This document shows positions 52,483 through 61,444 of a stretch of 63,913 nucleotides of DNA, in pieces. Source of the stretch: an uncultured Smithella sp. (GTDB lineage Bacteria; Desulfobacterota; Syntrophia; Syntrophales; Smithellaceae); NCBI GenBank assembly GCA_964480875.1, contig CAYZRT010000004.1, forward strand, positions 1 to 63,913, given 5' to 3'. The notes beneath the pieces were generated by a model, which saw only the letters and a program-made list of their open reading frames with translations, did not search any database and was not told the DNA's origin. A program made the translations under genes and the position numbers. The stretch's first letter is position 1; every line of letters begins with the position of its first letter.

Positions 52483-53742
52483 ATGAGAGATGTTTATATT
52501 ATCGGCGTCGGGATGACGCCCTTCGGAAAACACATGGATAAAAATATGAAGACCTTGGCTGCTGAGGCGGTCAACGCTTCATTGCAGCATGCGGGTTTAA
52601 CCAAAGAAGCTATACAAACAGCTGTTGTCGGTAATGCCTATCAGGGTATTGTGACCGGTCAGGAATCGATTCGCGGACAGGTTGTGCTGCGGGCTATGGG
52701 CATCGGCGATATTCCCGTTACCAACGTTGAAAACGCCTGCTGTTCATCAGCGACGGCATTACAGGTTGCCTGGATGGATGTTGCCCTCGGACTTCATGAC
52801 ATTGGCCTCGTGCTCGGTATGGAAAAGATGTACATGGACGACCGGGAAAAGAGATTGAAACTCTACTCATCATCGGCTGACGTCGAGGTTGTGGAGTTGT
52901 TTGTTAAGGCAATGAAGGAAGATGCCGAGCGCAGGCGAAAGGAAGCCGAGAAGAACGCAGCGCCTGGCGGTGAGAAAAAAAAGGAGAAGGTCGAAGGAAG
53001 CGCTTTCATGGAAATTTATGCGGCGGGGGCTCGATTACATATGGAACATTATGGCGTTACCCAGCGTCAGTTGGCGGTGATCAGTGCCAAAAACCACGCC
53101 CATAGTGTACACAATCCTTACGCGCAGTATAGAACAAGCTTTACCGTTGATGAAGTTCTCGCGGCGCCGACTGTCGCATTTCCACTGACACGTCCCATGT
53201 GCTCGCCGGTGGGTGATGGCGCGGCTGCTTTGGTTATTTGTTCCGGTGATTATGTGAAAAAGATTGGCGCAAAAAAGCCGGTAAAAATTCTGGCGACAGT
53301 GCTGGGCGGAGGTGTGGACAGAGATTTCTTCGCTCCGGATATCGGCGAGCGCCTCTCGAAAGTGGCTTATGAAAAGGCAGGTGTCGGTCCGGAAGATATC
53401 GACGTGGCAGAAGTCCATGACGCGACGGCATTCGGCGAATTGCGGGCTGCCGAGGACATGGGATTTTGTAAGATGGGAGAGGGGGGAATCTTTGCTGAGC
53501 AGGGTCATTCAACAATAGGCGGAAAGCTTCCCATCAATCCCTCCGGCGGCTTGGAATCCAAGGGACATCCGGTCGGGGCGACCGGCGCGGGTCAGATTGC
53601 CGAACTGGTCTGGCAACTGCGTGGTGAAGCGGGAAAACGCCAGGTGGAAGGAGCACGTATTGCGCTTGCTGAAAACGGCGGCGGAAATATCGGCGTGGAA
53701 GAAGCAGCCATGGTGATTACAATTCTACAGGCCGATTTTTAA
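52483..53742 (+). CDS. SCPx/nonspecific-lipid-transfer-type thiolase
   Basis: VYIIGVGMTPFGK, NVENACCSSATA, NPSGGLESKGHPVGATG and ENGGG. It contains a charged insert (ERRRKEAEKNAAPGGEKKKEKVEG). Confidence 0.85.
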   Translation: MRDVYIIGVGMTPFGKHMDKNMKTLAAEAVNASLQHAGLTKEAIQTAVVGNAYQGIVTGQESIRGQVVLRAMGIGDIPVTNVENACCSSATALQVAWMDVALGLHDIGLVLGMEKMYMDDREKRLKLYSSSADVEVVELFVKAMKEDAERRRKEAEKNAAPGGEKKKEKVEGSAFMEIYAAGARLHMEHYGVTQRQLAVISAKNHAHSVHNPYAQYRTSFTVDEVLAAPTVAFPLTRPMCSPVGDGAAALVICSGDYVKKIGAKKPVKILATVLGGGVDRDFFAPDIGERLSKVAYEKAGVGPEDIDVAEVHDATAFGELRAAEDMGFCKMGEGGIFAEQGHSTIGGKLPINPSGGLESKGHPVGATGAGQIAELVWQLRGEAGKRQVEGARIALAENGGGNIGVEEAAMVITILQADF

Positions 53743-53823
53743 AGCTTGTGAATAAAGAAAGTAATGAGACCATAAAAAACTAGTATGGATTTCGGATTTC
53801 GCAACGTTGTCATTCTCTCTGTT

Positions 53824-53997
53824 CAGCCAAGTCTTTTTGACTTGGCTGTTAATAAAATAATCGGTCGAGTCCAAAAGACTCGACCGATCTTGAAAAATGA
53901 ATTGTCATTCCCGCGCAGGCGGGAATCCAGGCAAGGAAGTTCGGAGACAGTATACGTAATTGAGAAAAAACTGGATTGCCGAATCAAGTCCGGCAAT
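53824..53997. repeat. Cluster of four intergenic hairpins (GC-rich extragenic palindrome type)
   Basis: CAGCCAAGTC-TTTTT-GACTTGGCTG (53824-53848); ATCGGTCGAGTC-CAAAA-GACTCGACCGAT (53860-53888); ATTCCCGC-GCAG-GCGGGAAT (53907-53926); ATTGCCG-N9-CGGCAAT (53975-53997). Confidence 0.6.
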
Positions 53998-54065
53998 GAC
54001 AAACGTGAAGAAAGAAGAGGCTGTACTGCTTAATTTTAAAATGCAACAAATAAAAGGATTATATT

Positions 54066-55688
54066 ATGACTGATGAATTGAAAAATTTTCCTTTGTTTAA
54101 ATCCTTGTGGCTGAAGGTCAAAGATCCGGACAAGGTTGCTTTGATTTTTGTCAATGATGATGGAAGCGACGAAAAGATCACCTATGCCGGAATTTTTGAA
54201 AATACCAACAGAATTTCCCGTGCCTTGGTCAAAGCGGGTGTGGGTGAAGGGGATACCTTTGCCGTGTTGATGAGAAATCATCCGGAATTTCTCTACAGCC
54301 TTTCCGCCGCACTTTCTTTGGGCGCGATCGTTGTACCCATCGATCCCCGCTCCAGGGGCGCGAAGCTCTTTTTTCAAATCAATAATACAAAATCCAAAGG
54401 GATTATTGTTTCCGATGAATTCATCGGCAGTATCAAAGAAATTGAAAAAGACATTAAAGGTGTTCCGGTTATCGGTGTAACGTACAAAAGGCATCATAAC
54501 ATTCCTGCTGATTCTTCATATCCGTCGCTCAATGAAATACTGAAAAGTGAAAGAGGCTCTCTTCCCGATCAGGCCCGGCCCATGAAATTGAGCCGTCCGG
54601 TGCAGATCATTCATACATCGGGAACGACCGGAGATCCCAAGGGCGTAATTTTGCGGGGAGGGCGACTGCGCGATTCCGCGATCCTGGGGAAACTGATTTA
54701 CAAATACAAAAACGACGATATTTTATACAATGGTCTTTCCATGACCCACGGCAACTGCCAGTCCGTGACACTGTTTCCGGCGCTATCCAAGGGCATTCCC
54801 GCGGTCATCGGGGAAAAATTTACCAAAAGCAGGATCTGGGATATCTGCCGCAAATACGGCTGTACTTCCTTCTCGTCGCTGGGCGGCATGATGGCCGGAA
54901 TCTATAACGAACCACCCAAACCCAATGATGCGGATAATCCGGTGCGGGTGGTGATCAGCGCGGGAACACCGGCATCCATCTGGAAGGATTTTGAAAAACG
55001 CTTCAACGTGAAAATTCACGAGTGGTACGCGGCTGTCGAAGGAGGGCTGGCGCATAATCCTCCCGGAAAGGGGCCCATCGGCTCTTTCGGCAAACCGAAT
55101 TTCTTCATGTACCGGATGAAAATCGTTGATGAGAACGATCAGGAAGTGGGGCCGTTTGTCAAGGGGGAACTGATCAGCAAAATGACGTTTCGTCCGACAA
55201 AGGTTGATTATTTCGGCAAGAAAAAAGAATCCGACGCCAAGACAAAAGGCGGATGGCTGCGCAGCGGCGACATCTGTCACAAGGACGATAAGGGATTCCT
55301 TTTCTTCGATTTCCGCAAGGGAGGCGGCTTGCGCCGGCAGGGTGATTTTATTCAGCCCGACTATGTCGAAAAAATAATCGGCGAACATGACAGCGTTTCC
55401 GAAGTCTGTGTTTACGGAATTCCGGCATCATCCGGCGCGCCGGGGGAGAGCGATCTGGTTGCCGCGATTGCCCCGCTGTCCGGTAAAAAAATAGACGTGG
55501 CGTCATTAATCGACCTTTGTGTGAAGAAACTGGAACGCAATTCCGTTCCGTCATATTTTCAGATTGTCGATGAAATTCCCAAGACGATTACAGAAAAGGC
55601 GCTGGATAGAGTTCTCAAAGAACAATTCCGTCCGGACGCGCCCAATGTGGTGAATATTCAAAAACAGATGTCCTCAAAATCATCATAA
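54066..55688 (+). CDS. AMP-dependent acyl-CoA synthetase/ligase
   Basis: IIHTSGTTGDPKGV, WYAAVEG and GWLRSGDI are AMP-binding motifs. Confidence 0.9.
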   Translation: MTDELKNFPLFKSLWLKVKDPDKVALIFVNDDGSDEKITYAGIFENTNRISRALVKAGVGEGDTFAVLMRNHPEFLYSLSAALSLGAIVVPIDPRSRGAKLFFQINNTKSKGIIVSDEFIGSIKEIEKDIKGVPVIGVTYKRHHNIPADSSYPSLNEILKSERGSLPDQARPMKLSRPVQIIHTSGTTGDPKGVILRGGRLRDSAILGKLIYKYKNDDILYNGLSMTHGNCQSVTLFPALSKGIPAVIGEKFTKSRIWDICRKYGCTSFSSLGGMMAGIYNEPPKPNDADNPVRVVISAGTPASIWKDFEKRFNVKIHEWYAAVEGGLAHNPPGKGPIGSFGKPNFFMYRMKIVDENDQEVGPFVKGELISKMTFRPTKVDYFGKKKESDAKTKGGWLRSGDICHKDDKGFLFFDFRKGGGLRRQGDFIQPDYVEKIIGEHDSVSEVCVYGIPASSGAPGESDLVAAIAPLSGKKIDVASLIDLCVKKLERNSVPSYFQIVDEIPKTITEKALDRVLKEQFRPDAPNVVNIQKQMSSKSS

Positions 55689-55899
55689 TTCGTGAGAATG
55701 GATATTTATGAATCTTTCAGCATCTGCTGAAAGCAATATAAAGCCGGAGACGAAATATAGACATGCACAGTAAAACTCTTTTTTCGCTCGACGAGTTGAT
55801 AACGATGGAGAGGAGATGATGTAATTTACCAGACATCTCTTCGGGACATCATTTCTGGATTTTTAAACCGGGATTTTTTAAAAAAAAGGGGGAGAAAAA

Positions 55900-58386
55900 A
55901 TGTCTTCAACATTGGGTAACAGTTCAAAGGTAAAAACCGGAACGCGGCAAGGAAATTATCGTCCGAGCAAGTTTAAATATTTAAACGACCCTCCGGTTGT
56001 GACCAGCCCTTTCAATATTATTGTTGATCGGGACAAGTGCATCGGCTGCGGTGTCTGCATCAAGCAATGTCCCTGCCAGACCATTGAAATGGTTCCCCGG
56101 GAAGAGGCGTCGAGTCAGCAGTTGCCGGCATGTCAATATCGATGTCCGGCTGGCACGGATATCAGAAAATACGCAACCGTTCTATCCCAAAACGGCTCTC
56201 TGGAAGAAGCCTGGAAGATCATAACGGAAACCAATCCCTTCCCGGCGGTCACCGGCAGGGTATGTCCTCACCCCTGTGAAAGTAACTGTAACCGGGAGGG
56301 TGTGGATAATGCTTTGAACATTCACGGCATGGAACGAGCCATAGGAGATTACGGAATTGAAAAAGATCTTTCCTTTGCCAAGCCGTCCAAAATCCTCGAC
56401 AAAAAAATAGCCATAATCGGCGCAGGCCCCTCAGGACTTTCTTGCGCTTATCAGCTTGCCCGTTTAGGATATCAGGTAACGGTTTTTGAGTCAGCAAAGA
56501 AACCCGGCGGTATGCTTTCCTCCATACCGGCATACCGTCTGCCGGATTCGGTTGTGAATGCCGAAATCAATAGAATCCTGGATCTCGGTATTGTCTTGAA
56601 ACCAGGTGTCTCTGCAGGGAAAGAAGTTTCTTTTGAAGACATAAAGAAAGATTTTGCAGCCGTTTACGTATCCATTGGCGCGCAAGGCAGTGCTGCGCTT
56701 GGCATAAAGGCAGAAGAGAAAAATCTTTATTCCGGACTCGCTTTTTTGAGATCGGTTAAACAGGGTCATTCTTTGGTTTTAGGCAAAAAAGTGATTGTCA
56801 TCGGGGGGGGCAACACGGCCATTGATTCGGCCCGTACAGCACGCCGAATGGGAGCTGATGTAACCATCCTCTACCGGAGGACAATCTCCGAGATGCCGGC
56901 TCATAGAGAAGAAATCGATGCCGCTCTGCAGGAAGGGGTAAAAATAAATTTCCTCTGTGCTCCTGTCGCAAAAAACGATGACGGAACCCTTACCTGTGAG
57001 AAAATGCAACTTGGGTCTGCCGATGAAAGCGGCAGACCCAAACCCGTTCCCGTCAAGGGCAGTGAACACAATGTCTCCTTCGATACACTTATCGCGGCTG
57101 TCGGTCAGGAGCTTAAAGCGGAAGGATTTGAGTCTTTGCTGGGGGCTTCCTGGATTGGAGCTGATGCGCTAGGAGTTACAAAAGAAAAAGCTATCTTTGC
57201 CGGCGGCGATGCCGTCACGGGTCCGGGTTTGGTCAGCGAAGCGATTGGAGCAGGCAGAAAGGCGGCTCTGGCCATTGAGGCTTTCATCCACGGGAAGAAA
57301 GCCGGATGGCCGGCTAAGCAAGAAATAAATTATTCAGATGTGCCGTTGAATGACAGAAAAAAGATTTCCCGAAACAATGCGGCGGAACTCGGCGTGGCCG
57401 AAAGACTGCAAAAGATCGATGCGGAAGTTCATCTGGCCTTGGATTTCACGCAGGTCATTGACGAAAGCAAGAGATGTCTTGGCTGCGGCTTGCAGGAACC
57501 GAAATTCACGGGGTTGGAATACTTCGGCAACATCTGTATTGCCTGCCATGACTGTGAAGCGGTTTGTCCCCAGCAAGCCCTGCAATTTCCCAATTTCTAT
57601 CGGGTGGACGAAGGAAGATGGGCATACAATTTTGATTTCCCGGAACCCGGTCAGGGTATTCCAAACCCGCTGATGCTCGACAAGCCTTTGCCCTTGAACG
57701 AAATAGAATCCAAACTTACGGATGTCGAAAAAGTCATTTATCGCCGCCGTTCCGTGCGGGTCTATAAAAAGGAGCCGGTGCCCAAAGAACTTATCAAACG
57801 CGTTTTGGAAGCGGGCCGGTTTGCGCCTTCGGCGGGTAACTGCCAGGGATGGAAATTTGTAGTGGTCACGGATAGAAATCTTATGGATGCGCTTTCCGCT
57901 TCTACGATCAGGTTCCTCAATATATTCACAAAACTCTACCAGGGGAAGGATCCGGGCCGAACAGCTCTCAAAAAGATGCTGGCTTTCATCAAACCCAACT
58001 CCTTCGATCAACGGCCCATGGTGGCTATTCAAGCCTTGTCCACACCAAAATTCGGCGAGGGGAAACTTGACTGTTTCTTCGGGGCGCCTGTTGCCATCCT
58101 GCTGCTGACCCATCGCCTGCATGTCTCGGAACCTGAACTCGGCATGGGTATCTGCGGACAGAATATGGTTCTTGCCGCTCATTCACTGGGTTTGGGTACT
58201 TGCTATGTGGGCTTTGTTTCGAATGCACTGAATCTCGATCCCTTCACCAAATCAAAATTCAGAAAGAAGCTCGGAATTGAATGGCCCTACGATTCCGTGG
58301 CCACGGTGTTGACGCTCGGTTATCCTGCCGTTGATTTAAACAAACCGGTGGATCGGGAATTCCCCCGGGTTGAATGGGTGGAATGA
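55900..58386 (+). CDS. Fusion protein: ferredoxin + GltD/NfnB-like FAD/NAD(P)H oxidoreductase + 2x[4Fe-4S] ferredoxin + nitroreductase-fold domain
   Basis: CIGCGVCIKQCPC; CQYRCPAGTDI...GRVCPHPCESNCNR; KIAIIGAGPSGLSCAY; VIVIGGGNTAIDSART; CLGCGL...CIACHDCEAVCP; C-terminal RRSVRVYKKEPVP...GRFAPSAGNCQGWKFVVV. Confidence 0.8.
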   Translation: MSSTLGNSSKVKTGTRQGNYRPSKFKYLNDPPVVTSPFNIIVDRDKCIGCGVCIKQCPCQTIEMVPREEASSQQLPACQYRCPAGTDIRKYATVLSQNGSLEEAWKIITETNPFPAVTGRVCPHPCESNCNREGVDNALNIHGMERAIGDYGIEKDLSFAKPSKILDKKIAIIGAGPSGLSCAYQLARLGYQVTVFESAKKPGGMLSSIPAYRLPDSVVNAEINRILDLGIVLKPGVSAGKEVSFEDIKKDFAAVYVSIGAQGSAALGIKAEEKNLYSGLAFLRSVKQGHSLVLGKKVIVIGGGNTAIDSARTARRMGADVTILYRRTISEMPAHREEIDAALQEGVKINFLCAPVAKNDDGTLTCEKMQLGSADESGRPKPVPVKGSEHNVSFDTLIAAVGQELKAEGFESLLGASWIGADALGVTKEKAIFAGGDAVTGPGLVSEAIGAGRKAALAIEAFIHGKKAGWPAKQEINYSDVPLNDRKKISRNNAAELGVAERLQKIDAEVHLALDFTQVIDESKRCLGCGLQEPKFTGLEYFGNICIACHDCEAVCPQQALQFPNFYRVDEGRWAYNFDFPEPGQGIPNPLMLDKPLPLNEIESKLTDVEKVIYRRRSVRVYKKEPVPKELIKRVLEAGRFAPSAGNCQGWKFVVVTDRNLMDALSASTIRFLNIFTKLYQGKDPGRTALKKMLAFIKPNSFDQRPMVAIQALSTPKFGEGKLDCFFGAPVAILLLTHRLHVSEPELGMGICGQNMVLAAHSLGLGTCYVGFVSNALNLDPFTKSKFRKKLGIEWPYDSVATVLTLGYPAVDLNKPVDREFPRVEWVE

Positions 58387-58525
58387 GATAAAAATCTGCA
58401 CGAACAGGGATGATGTCGTGATGCATTAAAGGGAGTCTTTGTTCATGTTTAAAAGTATCCGTTGACATTAAAAATTTTATTCATTACGGTTTTATCAAAC
58501 GCAATTATTAATTGCATGGAAGCTG

Positions 58526-58912
58526 ATGGATAAAAATTCTAAAGAAAAATCATACACAATCAGGTTTGAACATCGGGCCGGATATCTTTACGCCTATGGG
58601 CATGCGTTAAAGGATAGTTTTGATACATCAGTGGGATTCTGGACGGATATCGCAGCTTATTGCAAAGATAATAAGTTTACCAAAGTGCTTGTTGAAGAAG
58701 ATTTTGCAACGGACAATTCCATGATTGACATGTATGAAATCGTTTCACAAGCACATAAACTTGGTTTTACGGGTATAAAAATAGCATTTGTGGATCGTCA
58801 TCCTGATCAAATGAAAACAAATTTGTTTGGTGAAACGGTTGCCCTGAACCGTGGCCTCATAGCCAAGGTTTTCTCCGGCGCTAAAGAAGCTGAAGAATGG
58901 CTTCTTTCCTGA
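58526..58912 (+). CDS. Hypothetical protein (128 aa)
   Basis: Clean ORF with a coding-like composition. No recognisable motif. Confidence 0.45.
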   Translation: MDKNSKEKSYTIRFEHRAGYLYAYGHALKDSFDTSVGFWTDIAAYCKDNKFTKVLVEEDFATDNSMIDMYEIVSQAHKLGFTGIKIAFVDRHPDQMKTNLFGETVALNRGLIAKVFSGAKEAEEWLLS

Positions 58913-58928
58913 GGTACGCCTATTGTCA

Positions 58929-59714
58929 TTACAGAATGGGTTTTTCAGGCATCAAAGAGGTTGACTGTGCTTTGCCGGAAGACATACTCTGAATAAATTT
59001 ATTCCGGGTTATCTGACGCTGTTCCATGAGTATCAGGCGATACTGTTCCACGTAATAATCCAATTTCTCTCCCGTCTTCGTAAGAAACGACATCAGAAGA
59101 GATTTCTTGGCATTGATAAACTGCTCGATTTGCTCAAGCGGAATGCTGTTCATAAATATTCTCAGCATATTGATGCGCAGCGGTCTCGTTGAATTAAATA
59201 TCAGCATCATGACCATATTGTTGACCACTGCCGCGATACGGTCCTGTTCATGTATCCAGAGTTCAATCAATTTTTCTCTGTCATTCTTATGATCGAGTTC
59301 CTGGTCCATGGCATCGGATAACTCCTTCAAATCGCGTGAAGATGCACGTTGTCCGGCAAGTTTTATCATTTCTGGAAACTGAATAATCCACCACTCCCAG
59401 ACTTCATCCAGCATAAACATGTCCGCCGCCAGTTCATCTTCGGAGGGATTGTTGTCGGAGAAAAGCACTCTTAAAAAATCAATGCCGGCATGCTTGACAA
59501 AGTCCTTCACATAAATCCCATCTCCTCTCCGAATTTCAAGCAATTGCATTGCTTCCAGTTGTTTTAAAGCCACTCGCAGGGTTGTTCTGTCCACGTTCAT
59601 AGTTTCGGAAAGTTCTCTTTCCGGTGGCAGTTTTTCGCCAGGTTTTAGTTTATGAAAGAAAATATCGCGCATGATAACTGTGGAAACCTTCTGGTGAGAT
59701 TGTTTGTTAACCAT
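58929..59714 (-). CDS. GntR-family (FadR/FCD-type) transcriptional regulator
   Basis: The N-terminal wHTH is KLKPGEKLPPERELSETMNVDRTTLRVALKQLEAMQLLEIRRGDGIYV, followed by a helical C-terminal domain. Confidence 0.85.
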   Translation of the reverse strand: MVNKQSHQKVSTVIMRDIFFHKLKPGEKLPPERELSETMNVDRTTLRVALKQLEAMQLLEIRRGDGIYVKDFVKHAGIDFLRVLFSDNNPSEDELAADMFMLDEVWEWWIIQFPEMIKLAGQRASSRDLKELSDAMDQELDHKNDREKLIELWIHEQDRIAAVVNNMVMMLIFNSTRPLRINMLRIFMNSIPLEQIEQFINAKKSLLMSFLTKTGEKLDYYVEQYRLILMEQRQITRNKFIQSMSSGKAQSTSLMPEKPIL

Positions 59715-59772
59715 TTATATTTGATCCTCCAACAGTTTGTTAAGTAGGTTAAATGTACTATGCTTTTTTTTC

Positions 59773-59839
59773 TTGACAAAATCAAGACAAATATATAGTT
59801 TTGGTTAAACCAATTAATAATATGTATGAAACCAAAACT
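59773..59839 (+). promoter_or_regulatory. Promoter plus GntR-type operator between the regulator and the thiolase gene
   Basis: TTGACA lies at 59773-59778. The palindrome TTGGTT-A-AACCAA lies at 59801-13. The outer inverted repeat is AGTTTTGGTT (59797-59806) and AACCAAAACT (59830-59839). Confidence 0.5.
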
Positions 59840-59857
59840 TAATAAGAGATTAGAATT

Positions 59858-61261
59858 ATGAAAGATGTTTATGTTATCGGCGCACACACCATTAAATTCG
59901 GGAAATATCTTGACAAGAGCATTAAAGACCTTGCCGCAAGCACCGTGATTCCCTGTCTAAAAGAAGCCGGTTTGGATAAAAAAGACATCCAAGCGTTGTG
60001 GTTTTCCAATTCGGGTTGGGGATACTCCAAGGGACAGGATTGTATTAGAGCACAGGTAGCTCTTAGGCCTATCGGAATAGAAGCCATTCCCATGACGAAT
60101 GTGGAAAATGCCTGCGCCGGCGGGTCAACCGCTTTTCATCACGCCTGGCTTGGAGTTGCCAGCGGCCTTTACGATATTACCATGGCTGTCGGCGCGGAAA
60201 AACTTCATGAGTCCAATAAAATGAAAGTCTTCGCCGGTTTTTTAGGCGGTCTCGATATTGAAAACATCTCCAACATTATCGCTAATATTTCTTTTTACGG
60301 TATGACAGAGCAGGATAAAAAGGACATGCAGGCGCATGTGGCAAAATATGCGGCACTGGTCAAAAAAGACACCAAAACAAAAAAGAAAAAAGCAACCCTC
60401 AAAAATCGTTTCAATGAATACTGGGACATGTTCAAAGTCTTCCTTCGTTTAACCGATGCCGTGGGGCCGGAGACGGTCAAAGAGATGAGAAAATTATTTA
60501 AGGGTGATCATTCGCCATTCATGGATGTATACGGATTTGCCGCCCGTCAGCATATGAAGAAATACGGCTCTACCATAGAGCAACTGGCCCTCATTGCGTC
60601 GAAGAATCACTTCCACTCTTCATTAAACCCCAACGCTCAATATAACTTCACCATAACCCCCGAGCAGGTGCTGGCAGATCGTATGGTCACCTGGCCGCTG
60701 ACCCGGGCAATGTGCGCGCCTATCGGTGACGGCGCCGCTTCAGCTATTCTTTGCGATGGAGAGACAGTAAAAAAACTGGGTCTCTCATCTCAGGCCGTCA
60801 AGGTAAGAGCATCGGTGCTCGGTTCCGGCCGTGAGCGCTCATTTGATGATATTGATATCGGCGAGCGCTTAAGCAAAATAGCGTATGAGAAGACAGGGCT
60901 TGGTCCTCAGGACATGCATTTTGCAGAAGTTCATGACGCGAGCGCCTACGGAGAGCTTCATCAGGCGGAGGCCCTGGGTTTCTGCAAGGAAGGTGAAGGC
61001 GGCATTTTTGCTGAAAGCGGCGCGACCAAGCTTGGCGGTAAAGTGCCCATTAACATCAGCGGCGGTTTGGAATCGCGCGGTCATCCCATCGGCGCATCCG
61101 GACTTGCGCAGATTCACGAACTGGTTACACAGCTTCGCGGCAATGCAGGTCCGCGACAGATCAAGGGCGCTAAACTTGCCATTGCCGAAAACGGCGGCGG
61201 AGCCTTAGGACAGGAAGAAGCCGCCATGTGTATTCACATCCTGGAGGCGCCTTCAAAGTAA
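59858..61261 (+). CDS. SCPx/nonspecific-lipid-transfer-type thiolase (paralog with a longer insert)
   Basis: VYVIGAHTIKFGK, NVENACAGGSTA, NISGGLESRGHPIGASG and ENGGG. A ~90-aa insert includes KKDTKTKKKKATLKNRF. Confidence 0.85.
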   Translation: MKDVYVIGAHTIKFGKYLDKSIKDLAASTVIPCLKEAGLDKKDIQALWFSNSGWGYSKGQDCIRAQVALRPIGIEAIPMTNVENACAGGSTAFHHAWLGVASGLYDITMAVGAEKLHESNKMKVFAGFLGGLDIENISNIIANISFYGMTEQDKKDMQAHVAKYAALVKKDTKTKKKKATLKNRFNEYWDMFKVFLRLTDAVGPETVKEMRKLFKGDHSPFMDVYGFAARQHMKKYGSTIEQLALIASKNHFHSSLNPNAQYNFTITPEQVLADRMVTWPLTRAMCAPIGDGAASAILCDGETVKKLGLSSQAVKVRASVLGSGRERSFDDIDIGERLSKIAYEKTGLGPQDMHFAEVHDASAYGELHQAEALGFCKEGEGGIFAESGATKLGGKVPINISGGLESRGHPIGASGLAQIHELVTQLRGNAGPRQIKGAKLAIAENGGGALGQEEAAMCIHILEAPSK

Positions 61262-61306
61262 CAAAAATGAACCTACGCCCAGCAAACTGGGCGGTATCGG
61301 ACATTT

Positions 61307-61444
61307 CCCCTCTTTTGCAAAGAGGGGTTAGGGGAGATTTGAATTACCGGCAAATCCCCCTCTTTCAAAGGGGGACGTTAAGGGAACCGCACACCCATGC
61401 GGCAGGTACCCGAAGGAATCTCCGATAGGGGGTTTTTCTATCGG
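61307..61444. repeat. Cluster of intergenic hairpins
   Basis: CCCCTCTTT-TGC-AAAGAGGGG (61307-61327), CCCCCTCTTTCAAAGGGGG (61356-61374, arms CCCCCTTTG with one bulged C), CCGCA-N6-TGCGG (61387-61402) and CCGATAG-N9-CTATCGG (61422-61444). Confidence 0.55.

Noticed and set aside
53785-54033. An 82-aa ORF, plus ORF 61228-61428 (66 aa).
   Set aside because: These are translations of the GC-rich palindromic repeats, giving the ...SFPRRRESR... and ...PLFQRG... peptides that are classic mis-annotations. There is no start context.
55714-55733. The palindrome CTTTCAGCA-TC-TGCTGAAAG after the CoA-ligase gene, considered as an intrinsic terminator.
   Set aside because: No T-tract follows it and the loop is too small as drawn. 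It may be a protein-binding site or a weak stem, and there is not enough evidence to annotate it.
33690-58182. Other long antisense ORFs: 33690-34310, 35608-36243, 38116-38841, 42451-43065, 43704-44240, 54783-55388 and 57334-58182.
   Set aside because: Each is nested in a confidently assigned sense gene, lacks recognisable motifs and has a biased composition. I treated them all as non-coding shadows.
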